64,000 bases of DNA, taken from assembly GCA_902626245.1 (NCBI GenBank), contig CACOED010000002.1, forward strand, positions 11,998 to 75,997, in the 5' to 3' direction. A program made the position numbers and the translations under genes. The stretch comes from an uncultured Pelagibacteraceae bacterium. Lineage in GTDB: Bacteria > Pseudomonadota > Alphaproteobacteria > Pelagibacterales > Pelagibacteraceae. Shown piece by piece: positions 10,912 to 21,213 of this stretch (positions within the stretch are counted from its first letter, which is position 1; each line of letters begins with the position of its first letter). The notes under the pieces were generated by a model that was given only the letters and a program-made list of their open reading frames with translations, searched no databases and was not told where the DNA came from.

Positions 10912-12018
10912 ATGGGAAAGATATATACAGCTTTAGGATTAATGAGCGGAACCTCTATGGATGGGGTAGACGCATCAATAATTCAAACGGATGGAAAGTC
11001 TAAATATAAGACTATTTTAGACAAATATTTTGAATATCCACATATCATTTATCAAAATTTAACTAAACTTAGAGATAAAATAAAAAGATCAGAAGATCTA
11101 AAAAAGCACAAAAAGCAAATAAAAACTGTTGAAAAAGAAATAACAATTTTTCATGCTAAATCAGTTAATGAAATTTTAAAAAAAAAGAGAGTAAATATAG
11201 ATTTTATTGGATTTCACGGGCAGACCATTTTTCATAATGCAGAGGAAAAAATTACCAAACAGCTCGGAGACGGAAAGCTTTTATCAAAACTTACTAAGAA
11301 AAAAGTTGTTTATGACTTTAGACAAAATGATTTAAAAAATAGTGGTAGAGGAGCTCCTCTTGCACCAATATTTCATCAATTAATAGTTAAAAAAATAAAA
11401 GTTAAATTGCCAGTTACAGTTTTAAATATAGGTGGCATAGCAAATAAATCTTATATAAAAAATTATAAGCCTGATGATGTAATTGCTGGCGACATAGGAC
11501 CAGGAAATTGTATGATTGATGAATGGATAAGAAAAAAAACAAAAAAAAAATTCGATAACAAAGGTTTAATAGCCAAGAAAGGCAAAATAAATAATATATG
11601 TTTGACTGCAATAGAATTCTATAATTCTAATTTTTTTAACAATCGGAAGCTACCATCTTCGTTTGATATAAAAGATTTTAAATTTTTAGATAGTTTTAAT
11701 AAATTATCTCTAGAAGATGGTGCCGCAACATTGACAGAACTTACTGCTATAAAATTAGATTGTATAATCCATAGTGACAAAGAAAAAATAATTTTATGTG
11801 GTGGTGGAAGAAAAAATAATTTTTTGGTCGAAAAATTAAAAAAAAAAAGTACAGAGATAAAATTAATTGATGACTATGGTATTGATGGAGATTTTGTAGA
11901 GTCTCAAGCATTTGCTTATCTTGCAATAAGATCATACCTAAAATTACCAATTTCTTTTCCAAAAACTACTGGTTGCAAAAAACCATGCACAGGGGGTGTA
12001 TTGGTAAAAAATTTTTAA
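10912..12018 (+). CDS. anmK: Anhydro-N-acetylmuramic acid kinase
   Basis: GLMSGTSMDGVD, HGQT, GAPLAP, LNIGGIAN, DIGPGN, CGGGRKN. Confidence 0.95.
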   Translation: MGKIYTALGLMSGTSMDGVDASIIQTDGKSKYKTILDKYFEYPHIIYQNLTKLRDKIKRSEDLKKHKKQIKTVEKEITIFHAKSVNEILKKKRVNIDFIGFHGQTIFHNAEEKITKQLGDGKLLSKLTKKKVVYDFRQNDLKNSGRGAPLAPIFHQLIVKKIKVKLPVTVLNIGGIANKSYIKNYKPDDVIAGDIGPGNCMIDEWIRKKTKKKFDNKGLIAKKGKINNICLTAIEFYNSNFFNNRKLPSSFDIKDFKFLDSFNKLSLEDGAATLTELTAIKLDCIIHSDKEKIILCGGGRKNNFLVEKLKKKSTEIKLIDDYGIDGDFVESQAFAYLAIRSYLKLPISFPKTTGCKKPCTGGVLVKNF

Positions 12019-12671
12019 TATAAAGCAGATTCTTTTTTGACGTATTTATTTAAGGACTTAACAAGCGTTTCACCATTTTTTGAAAAAAAATGATTAGCTT
12101 CTGGTACTGCCTCAAATTCAACTTTAATACCTTTTTGTGCACTTAATCTTTTATTTAATTCATTGATATAATTTAAAGGCACCAACTCATCTTTCTTTCC
12201 ATAGATCATTAAGCCTGATGATGGACATGGGGATAAAAATGAAAAATCATAAACATTTGGCTGCGGAGAAATTGCTATGAATCTATTAATTTCAGGTCTT
12301 CTCATCAATAACTGCATTGATATAAGAGACCCAAAAGAAAATCCAGAAATCCAGCATTGTGAATTGTCAAAATTTTCTCTTTCTAGCCAATCAAGAGCTG
12401 CGGCAGCATCAGCAAGTTCACCTTGACCATTATCGAATTCTCCATCACTTTTTCCTACTCCTCTAAAATTTACTCTACAAACTGAAAAATCATTATCCAT
12501 AAACACATGAAAAGTATCAACAACTACTTTATTATTCATTGTTCCTCCGTATTGAGGATGTGGATGCAGAACTAAAGCGATCGGTGAAGTACTTTTTTTA
12601 CTTTTATAATATTTTGCTTCAAGTCTTCCCGCCGGCCCTGGAATAAATATTTCTACAATTTTACTATCCAT
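12015..12671 (-). CDS. Alpha/beta hydrolase (the family usually divergent from iscR in alphaproteobacteria)
   Basis: HPHPQYGGTMNNKVV, GFSFG nucleophile elbow, HFF. Confidence 0.85.
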   Translation of the reverse strand: MDSKIVEIFIPGPAGRLEAKYYKSKKSTSPIALVLHPHPQYGGTMNNKVVVDTFHVFMDNDFSVCRVNFRGVGKSDGEFDNGQGELADAAAALDWLERENFDNSQCWISGFSFGSLISMQLLMRRPEINRFIAISPQPNVYDFSFLSPCPSSGLMIYGKKDELVPLNYINELNKRLSAQKGIKVEFEAVPEANHFFSKNGETLVKSLNKYVKKESALY

Positions 12672-12757
12672 AAAAGAAATTGATTATTATTATCAAAAAA
12701 AAATTATATTTTTCTATCAAAAATGAGCGACAAATTGCAAGTCTTTAAATATGTTAT

Positions 12758-12782
12758 AATCTTGACTAAATTAGTCAGGTAT
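12758..12782 (+). promoter_or_regulatory. IscR type-1 operator overlapping the -35 of iscR-suf
   Basis: AATCTTGACTAAATTAGTCAGGTAT is a near-palindrome matching the type-1 IscR consensus; contains TTGACT, with TATAAA 16 bp downstream. Confidence 0.8.
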
Positions 12783-12809
12783 ATATAAACCCCGTGGATT
12801 GCGGAAAAT

Positions 12810-13232
12810 ATGAAATTATCAAGTAAAGGTAGATATGCTGTAATGGCTCTTGCGGATCTTGCAAAGTTTGATCCTAATGAGCCAGTTTCCCTTAGAGATA
12901 TATCTCTACGGCAAGGAATATCACTTGTTTATTTAGAACAACTATTTTTAAAATTAAAAAAAAATAAAATTGTTAACAGTGTTAGAGGAAATAAAGGTGG
13001 TTACACTTTAAATAAAAAAGCATCTGAAATTAATTTGTCAGAAGTATTATTTGCAGTAGAAGAAAAGGTTAAAACAGTAGGATGTGTGAAGCATTCCAAA
13101 AAAGGATGTAATGGAAAAAGTACAAAATGTATTACCCATAATTTATGGGATGAACTTGAAGATTATATTAATATTTTTTTTAAAAAAAAAAAACTTAGTG
13201 ACTTAATAAATCCAAAAGAGAATAGAATTTAA
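12810..13232 (+). CDS. iscR: Rrf2-family Fe-S cluster regulator
   Basis: MKLSSKGRYAV, YLEQLF, RG..GGY; three Cys plus His ligands; leads the suf operon. Confidence 0.9.
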   Translation: MKLSSKGRYAVMALADLAKFDPNEPVSLRDISLRQGISLVYLEQLFLKLKKNKIVNSVRGNKGGYTLNKKASEINLSEVLFAVEEKVKTVGCVKHSKKGCNGKSTKCITHNLWDELEDYINIFFKKKKLSDLINPKENRI

Positions 13233-14669
13233 ATGAGAGAAAAAGAAATTGATAAGTTAAAGGATTACAAATACGGTTTTACAACTGATATTGAAAATGT
13301 TAGGGCGCCTAAAGGTTTAAATAAAGAAGTTATTGAATACATATCAAAAGCTAAGAAAGAACCAAATTGGATGTTAGATTGGAGAATGAAAGCTTTTGAG
13401 AGACTAAAAATTTTAAAGGAACCAAATTGGCAAAAACCAAAATATCCAAAAATTGATTATCAAGATATTTACTATTATTCAGCTCCTAAGAGTGCAAGTG
13501 AAAAACCAAAGAGCATTGATGAACTTGATCCTAAACTTTTAGATACATATAAAAAACTTGGTATACCACTTCAAGAACAACAAAGGCTAAACGGTATTGC
13601 TGTAGATGCTGTATTTGACTCTGTTTCTGTAGCTACAACGTTTAAAGATAAACTTAACGAGGTAGGAGTAATTTTTTGTCCAATTTCTGAAGCAATACAA
13701 AAACATCCAGAACTTGTTAAAAAATATTTAGGCTCGGTGATTCCTTTAACAGATCACTATTTTGCAACTCTAAATTCAGCTGTTTTTACAGATGGATCTT
13801 TTGTTTATATTCCTCCAGGAGTTAGATGTCCAATGGAGCTTTCAACATATTTTAGAATTAACGCATCTCAAACAGGACAATTTGAAAGAACTTTAATAAT
13901 TGCAGATAAAGGAAGTTATGTAAGTTACTTGGAAGGTTGTACCGCTCCTATGAGAGATGAAAACCAACTTCATGCGGCAAATGTAGAGTTAGTCGCTTTA
14001 GATAATGCTGAAATTAAATATTCGACTGTTCAAAATTGGTATCCTGGTGATGAAAATGGTAAAGGAGGAATTTATAATTTTGTAACTAAGAGAGGTTTAT
14101 GCAAAGGAATAAACTCTAAAATTTCTTGGACACAAGTAGAAACTGGTTCAGCAATAACATGGAAATATCCAAGTTGTGTTTTACAAGGTGATAATTCTAT
14201 TGGCGAATTTTATTCAATCGCAATTACAAACAACTATCAAAAAGCTGATACAGGAACCAAAATGATTCATTTAGGAAAAAATACTAGGAGTAAAATTATT
14301 TCAAAAGGTATTAGTGCAGGCTTTTCTGATATGACTTATAGAGGATTGGTGGATATATCATCAAAAGCTAAAAACTCTAGAAATTATACTCAATGCGACT
14401 CTTTGCTTATGGGCAATAAATGTGGCGCTCACACTGTTCCTTATATTAAAAACAAAAATCCAGAATCAAATATAGCCCATGAAGCAACTACTTCTAAAAT
14501 AAGTGAAGAACAACTTCATTATTGTCAGCAAAGAGGTTTAAACCCTGAAGAAGCTGTAGGATTGATAGTTAATGGTTTTTGCAAAGAAGTATTGCAGCAG
14601 TTGCCTATGGAGTTTGCAGTTGAAGCACAAAAACTTGTTGGAATAAGCTTGGAAGGAAGTGTTGGCTAA
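13233..14669 (+). CDS. sufB: Fe-S cluster assembly scaffold
   Basis: [21 protein letters not shown], ends LEGSVG. Confidence 0.97.
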   Translation: MREKEIDKLKDYKYGFTTDIENVRAPKGLNKEVIEYISKAKKEPNWMLDWRMKAFERLKILKEPNWQKPKYPKIDYQDIYYYSAPKSASEKPKSIDELDPKLLDTYKKLGIPLQEQQRLNGIAVDAVFDSVSVATTFKDKLNEVGVIFCPISEAIQKHPELVKKYLGSVIPLTDHYFATLNSAVFTDGSFVYIPPGVRCPMELSTYFRINASQTGQFERTLIIADKGSYVSYLEGCTAPMRDENQLHAANVELVALDNAEIKYSTVQNWYPGDENGKGGIYNFVTKRGLCKGINSKISWTQVETGSAITWKYPSCVLQGDNSIGEFYSIAITNNYQKADTGTKMIHLGKNTRSKIISKGISAGFSDMTYRGLVDISSKAKNSRNYTQCDSLLMGNKCGAHTVPYIKNKNPESNIAHEATTSKISEEQLHYCQQRGLNPEEAVGLIVNGFCKEVLQQLPMEFAVEAQKLVGISLEGSVG

Positions 14670-15404
14670 ATGTTAAAAATAAAAAATTTAAAAGCTGATA
14701 TTGAAAGTAAATCAATTTTAAATAACTTTAATCTTGAAATAAAACCTGGTGAAGTGCACGCAATAATGGGACCAAATGGATCGGGAAAAAGTACTTTATC
14801 AAATATTTTATCTGGAAAAAAAGGGTATGATATTTCAGGTGAAATTTTATTTGAAAATAAAAATCTTTTTGAACTTGAAACAGAAGAAAGAGCTCACAAA
14901 GGAATATTTTTAGCTTTTCAATATCCTCTAGAAATACCAGGTGTAAATACAAATATTTTTTTAAAAACATCACTTAATGCAATAAGAAAAGCTAGAGGAG
15001 AAAAGGAACTTGATGCAATAGAATTTTTAAAATTGGTAAAATTAAAAGCAAAAGAATTAAAATTTGATGAAGAAAAACTAAATAGACAGCTAAATGTGGG
15101 ATTTTCTGGTGGAGAAAAAAAGAAAAATGAAATATTGCAAATGTCTATTTTAAATCCAAAACTTTCAATTTTGGATGAGACAGACTCTGGTTTAGATATT
15201 GATGCACTTAAAATTGTTGCCGATGGTGTAAACTCATTAAGAAAAAAAGATAATTCATTTTTAATAATTACTCACTACCAAAGATTATTAGATTACATAA
15301 AACCTGATTATGTTCACGTATTGATGAAGGGTAAAATAATCAAATCTGGAGGTGCAGAACTGGCTTTAGAATTAGAAAATAAAGGATATGAGAATTTTAA
15401 TTAA
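14670..15404 (+). CDS. sufC: Fe-S assembly ATPase
   Basis: GPNGSGKST, FSGGEKK, LDETDSGLD. Confidence 0.97.
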   Translation: MLKIKNLKADIESKSILNNFNLEIKPGEVHAIMGPNGSGKSTLSNILSGKKGYDISGEILFENKNLFELETEERAHKGIFLAFQYPLEIPGVNTNIFLKTSLNAIRKARGEKELDAIEFLKLVKLKAKELKFDEEKLNRQLNVGFSGGEKKKNEILQMSILNPKLSILDETDSGLDIDALKIVADGVNSLRKKDNSFLIITHYQRLLDYIKPDYVHVLMKGKIIKSGGAELALELENKGYENFN

Positions 15405-16652
15405 ATGATTGAACAGTTAAAAATAGATTTTGAAAAATTAATAAAAAACTCAAACTTTTCTAAAAAGAATGTTGAGATTAAAAGAAAAAGCTTTCATAAT
15501 TTCATTGAAAAAGGTTTTCCTAATCGAAGAGAGGAAAATTGGAAATTTTCAGATCTTAATCAAATAATTTCTAAAAATATTAAAAATTTAAGTTTTTATA
15601 ATGATTTATCAAAACCAAATAAAATAGATCAGTCTATTTTTATAGATGGTCTAGAGCATAATAAACTTGTTTTTGTTAATGGAAGAATAGAAAAAATAGA
15701 GTTTGATTATGAAGAAAAAAATAAAATTGAGATATTAGATGATTTAGTTTTAGAAAAATCTAATGATGATAATAATTCCTTACTTTCTTTAAATAATGCA
15801 TTTGTTAGTAAATATTTTAAACTAATTGTAAAAAAAAACTATTCACTTCAAAAACCTTTGGTAATTTATAATATTACCAATAAAGATTTAGTTTCAAAAA
15901 GTATTAATTTAAAGGTTGATATATTTCTTGAAGAAAATAGTTCTTTAAAACTCGTTGATTTTTCTGATGATAAGTCAAATACTAATTTTATAAATGTTAA
16001 TTATAGTTTTGATCTTCAAAAATATTCAATTTTAAAAAATTATAAAATTGATAACAATTCAAATAACAATATAAAATATTATTTCAATTATATAAGCCAG
16101 GAAATCAATAGTGTATCAGAAATATTTCTTCTATCGTCTGGATCAGAATTTATAAAAAATGAAATTAATTGTAATCTTAGAGGCAAATATAGTTCAGCAT
16201 TTGTTAATGGAATTTTTATCTTAAATAAAAAAAAGCATCATGAAATAAAAACCAACATAAACCATTTAGTTGAAAACACTAAAAGTTATCAATTAATCAA
16301 AGGTGTTTTGGAAGATACGTCAAAAGCAGTTTATCAAGGAAAAATTTTTGTCGACTCAAAAGCCCAAAGAACAAATGGTTATCAATTAAGTAAAGCCATT
16401 TTATTAAATGATAATACTGAATTTAATGCGAAACCAGAGTTAGAAATTTATGCTGATGACGTAAAATGTTCACATGGTTCTGCATCTGGAAGTTTAAATG
16501 AGGACTCGATATTTTATCTAATGTCTAGAGGGTTAAATTATAATGAAGCAAAAAAACTTCTAATTAATGGTTTTCTATTAGATGTTGTTGAGAAAATTAC
16601 AGATTCTGAAATTAAAAACCTAATTAAAAATATTATGAGTCTTAAACAATGA
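15405..16652 (+). CDS. sufD: Fe-S assembly protein
   Basis: ENWKFS, KPELEIYADDVKCSHG, FYLMSRG. Confidence 0.95.
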   Translation: MIEQLKIDFEKLIKNSNFSKKNVEIKRKSFHNFIEKGFPNRREENWKFSDLNQIISKNIKNLSFYNDLSKPNKIDQSIFIDGLEHNKLVFVNGRIEKIEFDYEEKNKIEILDDLVLEKSNDDNNSLLSLNNAFVSKYFKLIVKKNYSLQKPLVIYNITNKDLVSKSINLKVDIFLEENSSLKLVDFSDDKSNTNFINVNYSFDLQKYSILKNYKIDNNSNNNIKYYFNYISQEINSVSEIFLLSSGSEFIKNEINCNLRGKYSSAFVNGIFILNKKKHHEIKTNINHLVENTKSYQLIKGVLEDTSKAVYQGKIFVDSKAQRTNGYQLSKAILLNDNTEFNAKPELEIYADDVKCSHGSASGSLNEDSIFYLMSRGLNYNEAKKLLINGFLLDVVEKITDSEIKNLIKNIMSLKQ

Positions 16653-17869
16653 ATATTAGTGATATAAAAAAAGAGTTTCCTATATTTGATAAAAAAGTTC
16701 ATAATAATGATCTTGTATATTTAGATAGTGCAAACTCTTCTCAAAAACCAAGAGTAGTTGTTGATAGAATATATGATTTTTATACAAAAGAATTCTCCAA
16801 TGTAGGAAGAAGTGTTCATTATCTTGCGGTTGCTGCAACAAATTTATATGAAAATACAAGATCATCAGTTCAAAAATTTATTAATGCGAAGCATGTAAAT
16901 GAAATAGTTTTTACTAAAGGTGCAACTGAGGCAATAAATTTAGTTGCTAGTACTTATGGGCAAAAATATTTAAAAGATGGAGATGAGGTTTTATTAACTG
17001 AACTTGAACATCATTCTAATTATGTACCATGGCATTATTTGAGAAAATCAAAAGGAATTAAAATAGTTTTTGCTGAGATAAATGAAAATGGAGAAGTTAC
17101 TGTAGAAAGTATAAAAAAAAAAATAACACCGAAAACTAAAATTATTGCATTAACTCACTTATCAAATGTTACAGGAGCTATTTTACCAATTAAAGAAATA
17201 ATCGATGTGGCTCATTCAAGAAATATACCTGTCTTGATCGACGGATGTCAAGGAGCACCACATTTAAAATTGGATATGCAAGATTTAGATTGTGATTTTT
17301 ATGCAATTTCTTGTCATAAAATGTATGGACCGACAGGTCTAGGTATTCTTTATGCAAAAAAAAAATGGTTAGAGGAGTTGCCACCATATCAAGGAGGAGG
17401 TGGTATGATTGGCGAAGTTAAAAAGGAAGGTATAACTTATGGTGATCTGCCAAATAAATATGAGGCAGGAACAATGGCAACAGCACAAGTAATAGCTTTT
17501 GATGAATCCATAAAATTTTTAAACAAAATAGGAATGGATAATATAATTAAACATGAGAAAGAACTTGTTGAATATGGTCAAGAATTATTAAGAAAAAATA
17601 ATAGTGTCAAATTAGTCGGTAATCCAAAAAATAAAGGATCTGTTTTATCTTTTACCATAGATGGCGTACATCCTCACGATATAGCGACAATTTTAGATGA
17701 AGATGGTGTTGCAATAAGAGCAGGACACCATTGTTGCCAAATATTACATGATAAACTTTCTATACCTGCTTCTGCAAGGGCATCATTGGGAATTTACAAT
17801 ACTAAAGATGATCTTGATAAACTAAACTTATCAATTAATAAATGTAAAAAGATATTTGAATTAAAATGA
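16649..17869 (+). CDS. sufS: Cysteine desulfurase
   Basis: YLDSANSSQKP, EHHSN, HKMYGPTG, RAGHHC. Confidence 0.96.
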   Translation: MNISDIKKEFPIFDKKVHNNDLVYLDSANSSQKPRVVVDRIYDFYTKEFSNVGRSVHYLAVAATNLYENTRSSVQKFINAKHVNEIVFTKGATEAINLVASTYGQKYLKDGDEVLLTELEHHSNYVPWHYLRKSKGIKIVFAEINENGEVTVESIKKKITPKTKIIALTHLSNVTGAILPIKEIIDVAHSRNIPVLIDGCQGAPHLKLDMQDLDCDFYAISCHKMYGPTGLGILYAKKKWLEELPPYQGGGGMIGEVKKEGITYGDLPNKYEAGTMATAQVIAFDESIKFLNKIGMDNIIKHEKELVEYGQELLRKNNSVKLVGNPKNKGSVLSFTIDGVHPHDIATILDEDGVAIRAGHHCCQILHDKLSIPASARASLGIYNTKDDLDKLNLSINKCKKIFELK

Positions 17870-18339
17870 ATCTAAAAGAACTTTATCAAGAAATAATACT
17901 AGATCACGGAAAAAACCCTAGAAATTTGAGAAAAACAGAAAACTTTAACAAAGATGCCAAAGGGCATAATCCATTATGTGGTGATAAAGTACATATTTAT
18001 TTAAAGCTAAATGAAAATAAAAAAGTAGAAGATATTTCATTTGAAGGAGAAGGATGTGCAATCTCAATGGCATCAGCATCCATAATGACTGACTTAGTCA
18101 AAGGAAAAGAAGAAAATGATGTAAAAGAAATAGTTAATGATTTCTTAGAAATGATTAAACAAAAAAATGGAATAGATACAAAACTTTTAAAAGACGATGA
18201 AAAAACTAAACTTATGTGTTTATCAGGTGTGAAGCAATATCCAATGAGAGTTAAGTGTGCAACTCTTTCATGGCATACTTTAACATCAGCTATAGATAGA
18301 TCTCAAAATGAAATAAATACAGAAAATATTGAACTATAA
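17866..18339 (+). CDS. sufU: SufU/NifU-family sulfur-transfer protein
   Basis: LYQEIILDH, NPLCGD, GCAIS.ASAS, RVKCA. Confidence 0.93.
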   Translation: MNLKELYQEIILDHGKNPRNLRKTENFNKDAKGHNPLCGDKVHIYLKLNENKKVEDISFEGEGCAISMASASIMTDLVKGKEENDVKEIVNDFLEMIKQKNGIDTKLLKDDEKTKLMCLSGVKQYPMRVKCATLSWHTLTSAIDRSQNEINTENIEL

Positions 18340-18638
18340 TGGAACTAAAAGAAAAAATTATTACTGAAATAAAAAAAATTTATGATCCTGAAATTCCAGT
18401 TAATATTTATGAACTTGGTTTAATTTATAATATTAATATTGATGAAGAGAATAATGTTAAAATAAATATGACTTTAACAACTCCAAATTGTCCAGTAGCT
18501 GAAAGTTTACCAAATGAAGTAAAAAATAGTATTAAAGAAATAAAAGAAGTAAAAGATGTTGATTTAAAATTAGTTTGGGATCCACCTTGGGATAAATCAA
18601 TGATGTCAGAATCTGCTAAATTAGAACTTAACTTATGA
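18339..18638 (+). CDS. DUF59/SufT-like Fe-S assembly protein
   Basis: DPEIPVNIYELGLIY, TLTTPNCP, WDPPW. Confidence 0.9.
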   Translation: MELKEKIITEIKKIYDPEIPVNIYELGLIYNINIDEENNVKINMTLTTPNCPVAESLPNEVKNSIKEIKEVKDVDLKLVWDPPWDKSMMSESAKLELNL

Positions 18639-18970
18639 CAAAACAAATAATTACATTAAGTGATAACGCAGCTCAAAGAATAAAAGAAATTATGTCAAAT
18701 GCAGAAAATAGTGCCGTTGGATTAAGAGTGGGTGTTAAATCAGGAGGCTGTGCAGGAATGTCTTATATAATGGAATATACTAGTAAAATTAACCCAAATG
18801 ATGAAATAATAGAGGAAAAAGGAGTTAAACTTTTTGTAGATCCTGGAGCCGTTATGTATCTCTTAGGTACAGAAATGGACTATAAAAAAGAGGAATTTTC
18901 CTCATCTTTTGTCTTTAAAAATCCAAACGAAACTGAAAGATGTGGATGTGGAGAATCATTTAAGATATAA
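18635..18970 (+). CDS. sufA: A-type Fe-S carrier (SufA/IscA/HesB)
   Basis: GGCAGMSY and CGCGESF. Confidence 0.9.
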   Translation: MTKQIITLSDNAAQRIKEIMSNAENSAVGLRVGVKSGGCAGMSYIMEYTSKINPNDEIIEEKGVKLFVDPGAVMYLLGTEMDYKKEEFSSSFVFKNPNETERCGCGESFKI

Positions 18971-18979
18971 TAATACTTA

Positions 18980-19168
18980 ATGAGAGATACTAAACATTTA
19001 GAAAAACATGCTAACAAACTGGCAGAAAATAAAAAAGAGAAAGCATTATTTAGGTCTCAACGTAAAGCAGTTGAAGCTGGTGCACATGGCACATTAGAAT
19101 ACACTATAAAAAAGGGTGTTAACAAAAATAAAATTGCCGACGAAAAAATATTGAAAAGTAAAAAATAA
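18980..19168 (+). CDS. Small basic hypothetical protein (62 aa)
   Basis: Fills the gap exactly between sufA and the glnA stop; no recognised motif. Confidence 0.6.
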   Translation: MRDTKHLEKHANKLAENKKEKALFRSQRKAVEAGAHGTLEYTIKKGVNKNKIADEKILKSKK

Positions 19169-19169
19169 T

Positions 19170-20576
19170 TTAAGAACTATAATACATCTCAAACTCCATA
19201 GGATGAGGAGTATGCTCAAGGTTATAAATTTCCTCAAATTTTAATGCTATAAAAGCATCAATTTGGTCATCAGAAAATACACCTCCTTGTTTTAAAAAAC
19301 TTCTGTCTCTATCTAAACTTTCCATAGCCTCTCTTAATGATCCACAAACCGTTGGAATATTTTTGACCTTATCCTCTGGTAATGCATACAAGTCTTCATC
19401 TAAAGGTTTTCCTGGATTAATTTTATTTTTTATTCCATCTAACCCTGCCATTAACATTGCAGAAAATGTTAAGTAAGGATTTCCTGCAGCATCAGGAAAT
19501 CTTATTTCACACCTCGCTCCTTTTTTACTCAATGTAATTGGAATTCTACATGATGCAGATCTATTTCTTGCTGAGTAAGCTAGCAAAACTGGAGCTTCAA
19601 AACCTGGAATTAATCTTTTGTAACTATTTGTTGTAGCATTTGAGAATGCATTAATTGCTTTAGCGTGTTTTAATATTCCTCCTATATAATAAAGAGCGGT
19701 CTGAGATAAACCAGCATATTTATCTCCAGAAAAAATTGGAGTTTTACCTTTCCAAATAGATTGATGTATATGCATTCCTGAACCGTTATCTCCTTTTACT
19801 GGTTTTGGCATAAAAGTTGCTGTTTTTCCGAAGGAATGGGAGACCATTTGTACTACATATTTGTAAAGCTGAACATTGTCTGCTTGTGTTACTAAAGTAT
19901 TATATAACATTCCAAGTTCATGTTGGCTTGGTGCAACTTCATGGTGATGTTTTTCAACTGTAATACCAACTTCTCTTAAACCTTTTAAATATTCACCTCT
20001 CATATCCTGTGCACTATCAACTGGAGGAACAGGAAAATATCCACCCTTTACTCCAGGTCTGTGACCCATATTTCCACTATCATAATTTTTTCCAGAGTTG
20101 TAAGGACCTTCTAAACTATCAATTTTAAATCCTATTTCATTCATCTCATTTTTTATTTTAACATCATCAAAAACAAAAAATTCGGGTTCAGGACCAAAAT
20201 AAGCTCTATCACCAACCTTAGAAGTTTTTAAAAATGTTTCAGCTTTTTTTGCAATTCCTCTTGGATCTCTCTCATAAGCAGTCTTTTTCACTGCGTCAAA
20301 AACATCACAGAAGAGAATAACTGTATTATGCGAAGTATAAGGATCAATTACTTTTCTGCTCAAATCAGGCTTTAAAATCATGTCTGACTCGTTAATAGCC
20401 TTCCAACCAGCTATTGATGAACCATCAAAAAAAACTCCATCATTAAGCATATCATCATCGACAACTGTTGAATCCATTGTAAGATGCTGCAACTTTCCTC
20501 TTGGGTCAGTAAACCTTAGGTCGACAAATTCTATCTCTTTGTCTTTAATAAATCTAAGTATTTTATTTGAACTCAT
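19170..20576 (-). CDS. glnA: Glutamine synthetase type I
   Basis: FDGSSIAGW, HHHEVA, TFMPKP..GDNGSGMH, NRSA; start placed at MSSNK (468 aa). Confidence 0.97.
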   Translation of the reverse strand: MSSNKILRFIKDKEIEFVDLRFTDPRGKLQHLTMDSTVVDDDMLNDGVFFDGSSIAGWKAINESDMILKPDLSRKVIDPYTSHNTVILFCDVFDAVKKTAYERDPRGIAKKAETFLKTSKVGDRAYFGPEPEFFVFDDVKIKNEMNEIGFKIDSLEGPYNSGKNYDSGNMGHRPGVKGGYFPVPPVDSAQDMRGEYLKGLREVGITVEKHHHEVAPSQHELGMLYNTLVTQADNVQLYKYVVQMVSHSFGKTATFMPKPVKGDNGSGMHIHQSIWKGKTPIFSGDKYAGLSQTALYYIGGILKHAKAINAFSNATTNSYKRLIPGFEAPVLLAYSARNRSASCRIPITLSKKGARCEIRFPDAAGNPYLTFSAMLMAGLDGIKNKINPGKPLDEDLYALPEDKVKNIPTVCGSLREAMESLDRDRSFLKQGGVFSDDQIDAFIALKFEEIYNLEHTPHPMEFEMYYSS

Positions 20577-20730
20577 AAATTTTCTATAAACTTCTAAACA
20601 TGAACTTAATATCAAAAACTGTGATAATAAGAAGATAATATAACAAGATATCACCTATGCGTTTCTAACATGGATAAATGGTCATTTTTATGAAATTATC
20701 AATTCACAAATTATTACAATTATTAGTTGA

Positions 20731-21213
20731 ATGGAAAATTTATTAAATAAAGAATCAGTTAAAAGGGTTTTGAAAGTTTTAGATGAATTTGACCAATCGA
20801 TAAAAGTAGAAATTTTAAATACTTCCGCCAGAACAGCGGAAGATGCCGCAGAAAGTTTAAAAACAGAGGTTGGTTCTATTGTTAAAAGCTTGTTACTTAG
20901 AAGACAAAGCGCATTCTTGTTATGCTTAGTTGCAGGTGATAAGAGATGTTCCTTAAAAAAAATAAAAAAATTACTAAATGAAAAAGATGTAAGTATGGCT
21001 GATGCAGTTCAAGTAAAAGAAATAACAGGATTTACAATTGGAGGAGTTTCTCCGGTAGGTCATTTAAATAAAATTAATATATTTATTGATCAATCTTTAA
21101 AAAGGTTTAAATATGTTTTTGCAGCCGCAGGGCATCCTAATAGTATTTTCAAAATTGACTTTGATAATCTATGTAAAATTACTAAAGGATCTATCAAAGA
21201 TATATCTGAATGA
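20731..21213 (+). CDS. YbaK/EbsC aminoacyl-tRNA deacylase family
   Basis: TAEDAA, IVKSL, TGFTIGGVSPVG, AAAG. Confidence 0.88.
   Translation: MENLLNKESVKRVLKVLDEFDQSIKVEILNTSARTAEDAAESLKTEVGSIVKSLLLRRQSAFLLCLVAGDKRCSLKKIKKLLNEKDVSMADAVQVKEITGFTIGGVSPVGHLNKINIFIDQSLKRFKYVFAAAGHPNSIFKIDFDNLCKITKGSIKDISE

Noticed and set aside
20577-20654. N-terminal extension of glnA, and similar upstream starts for tyrS, DUF1244, coxG, ETHE1 and 61989-62261
   Set aside because: Family homology begins at downstream Met codons; the extensions are longest-ORF artefacts
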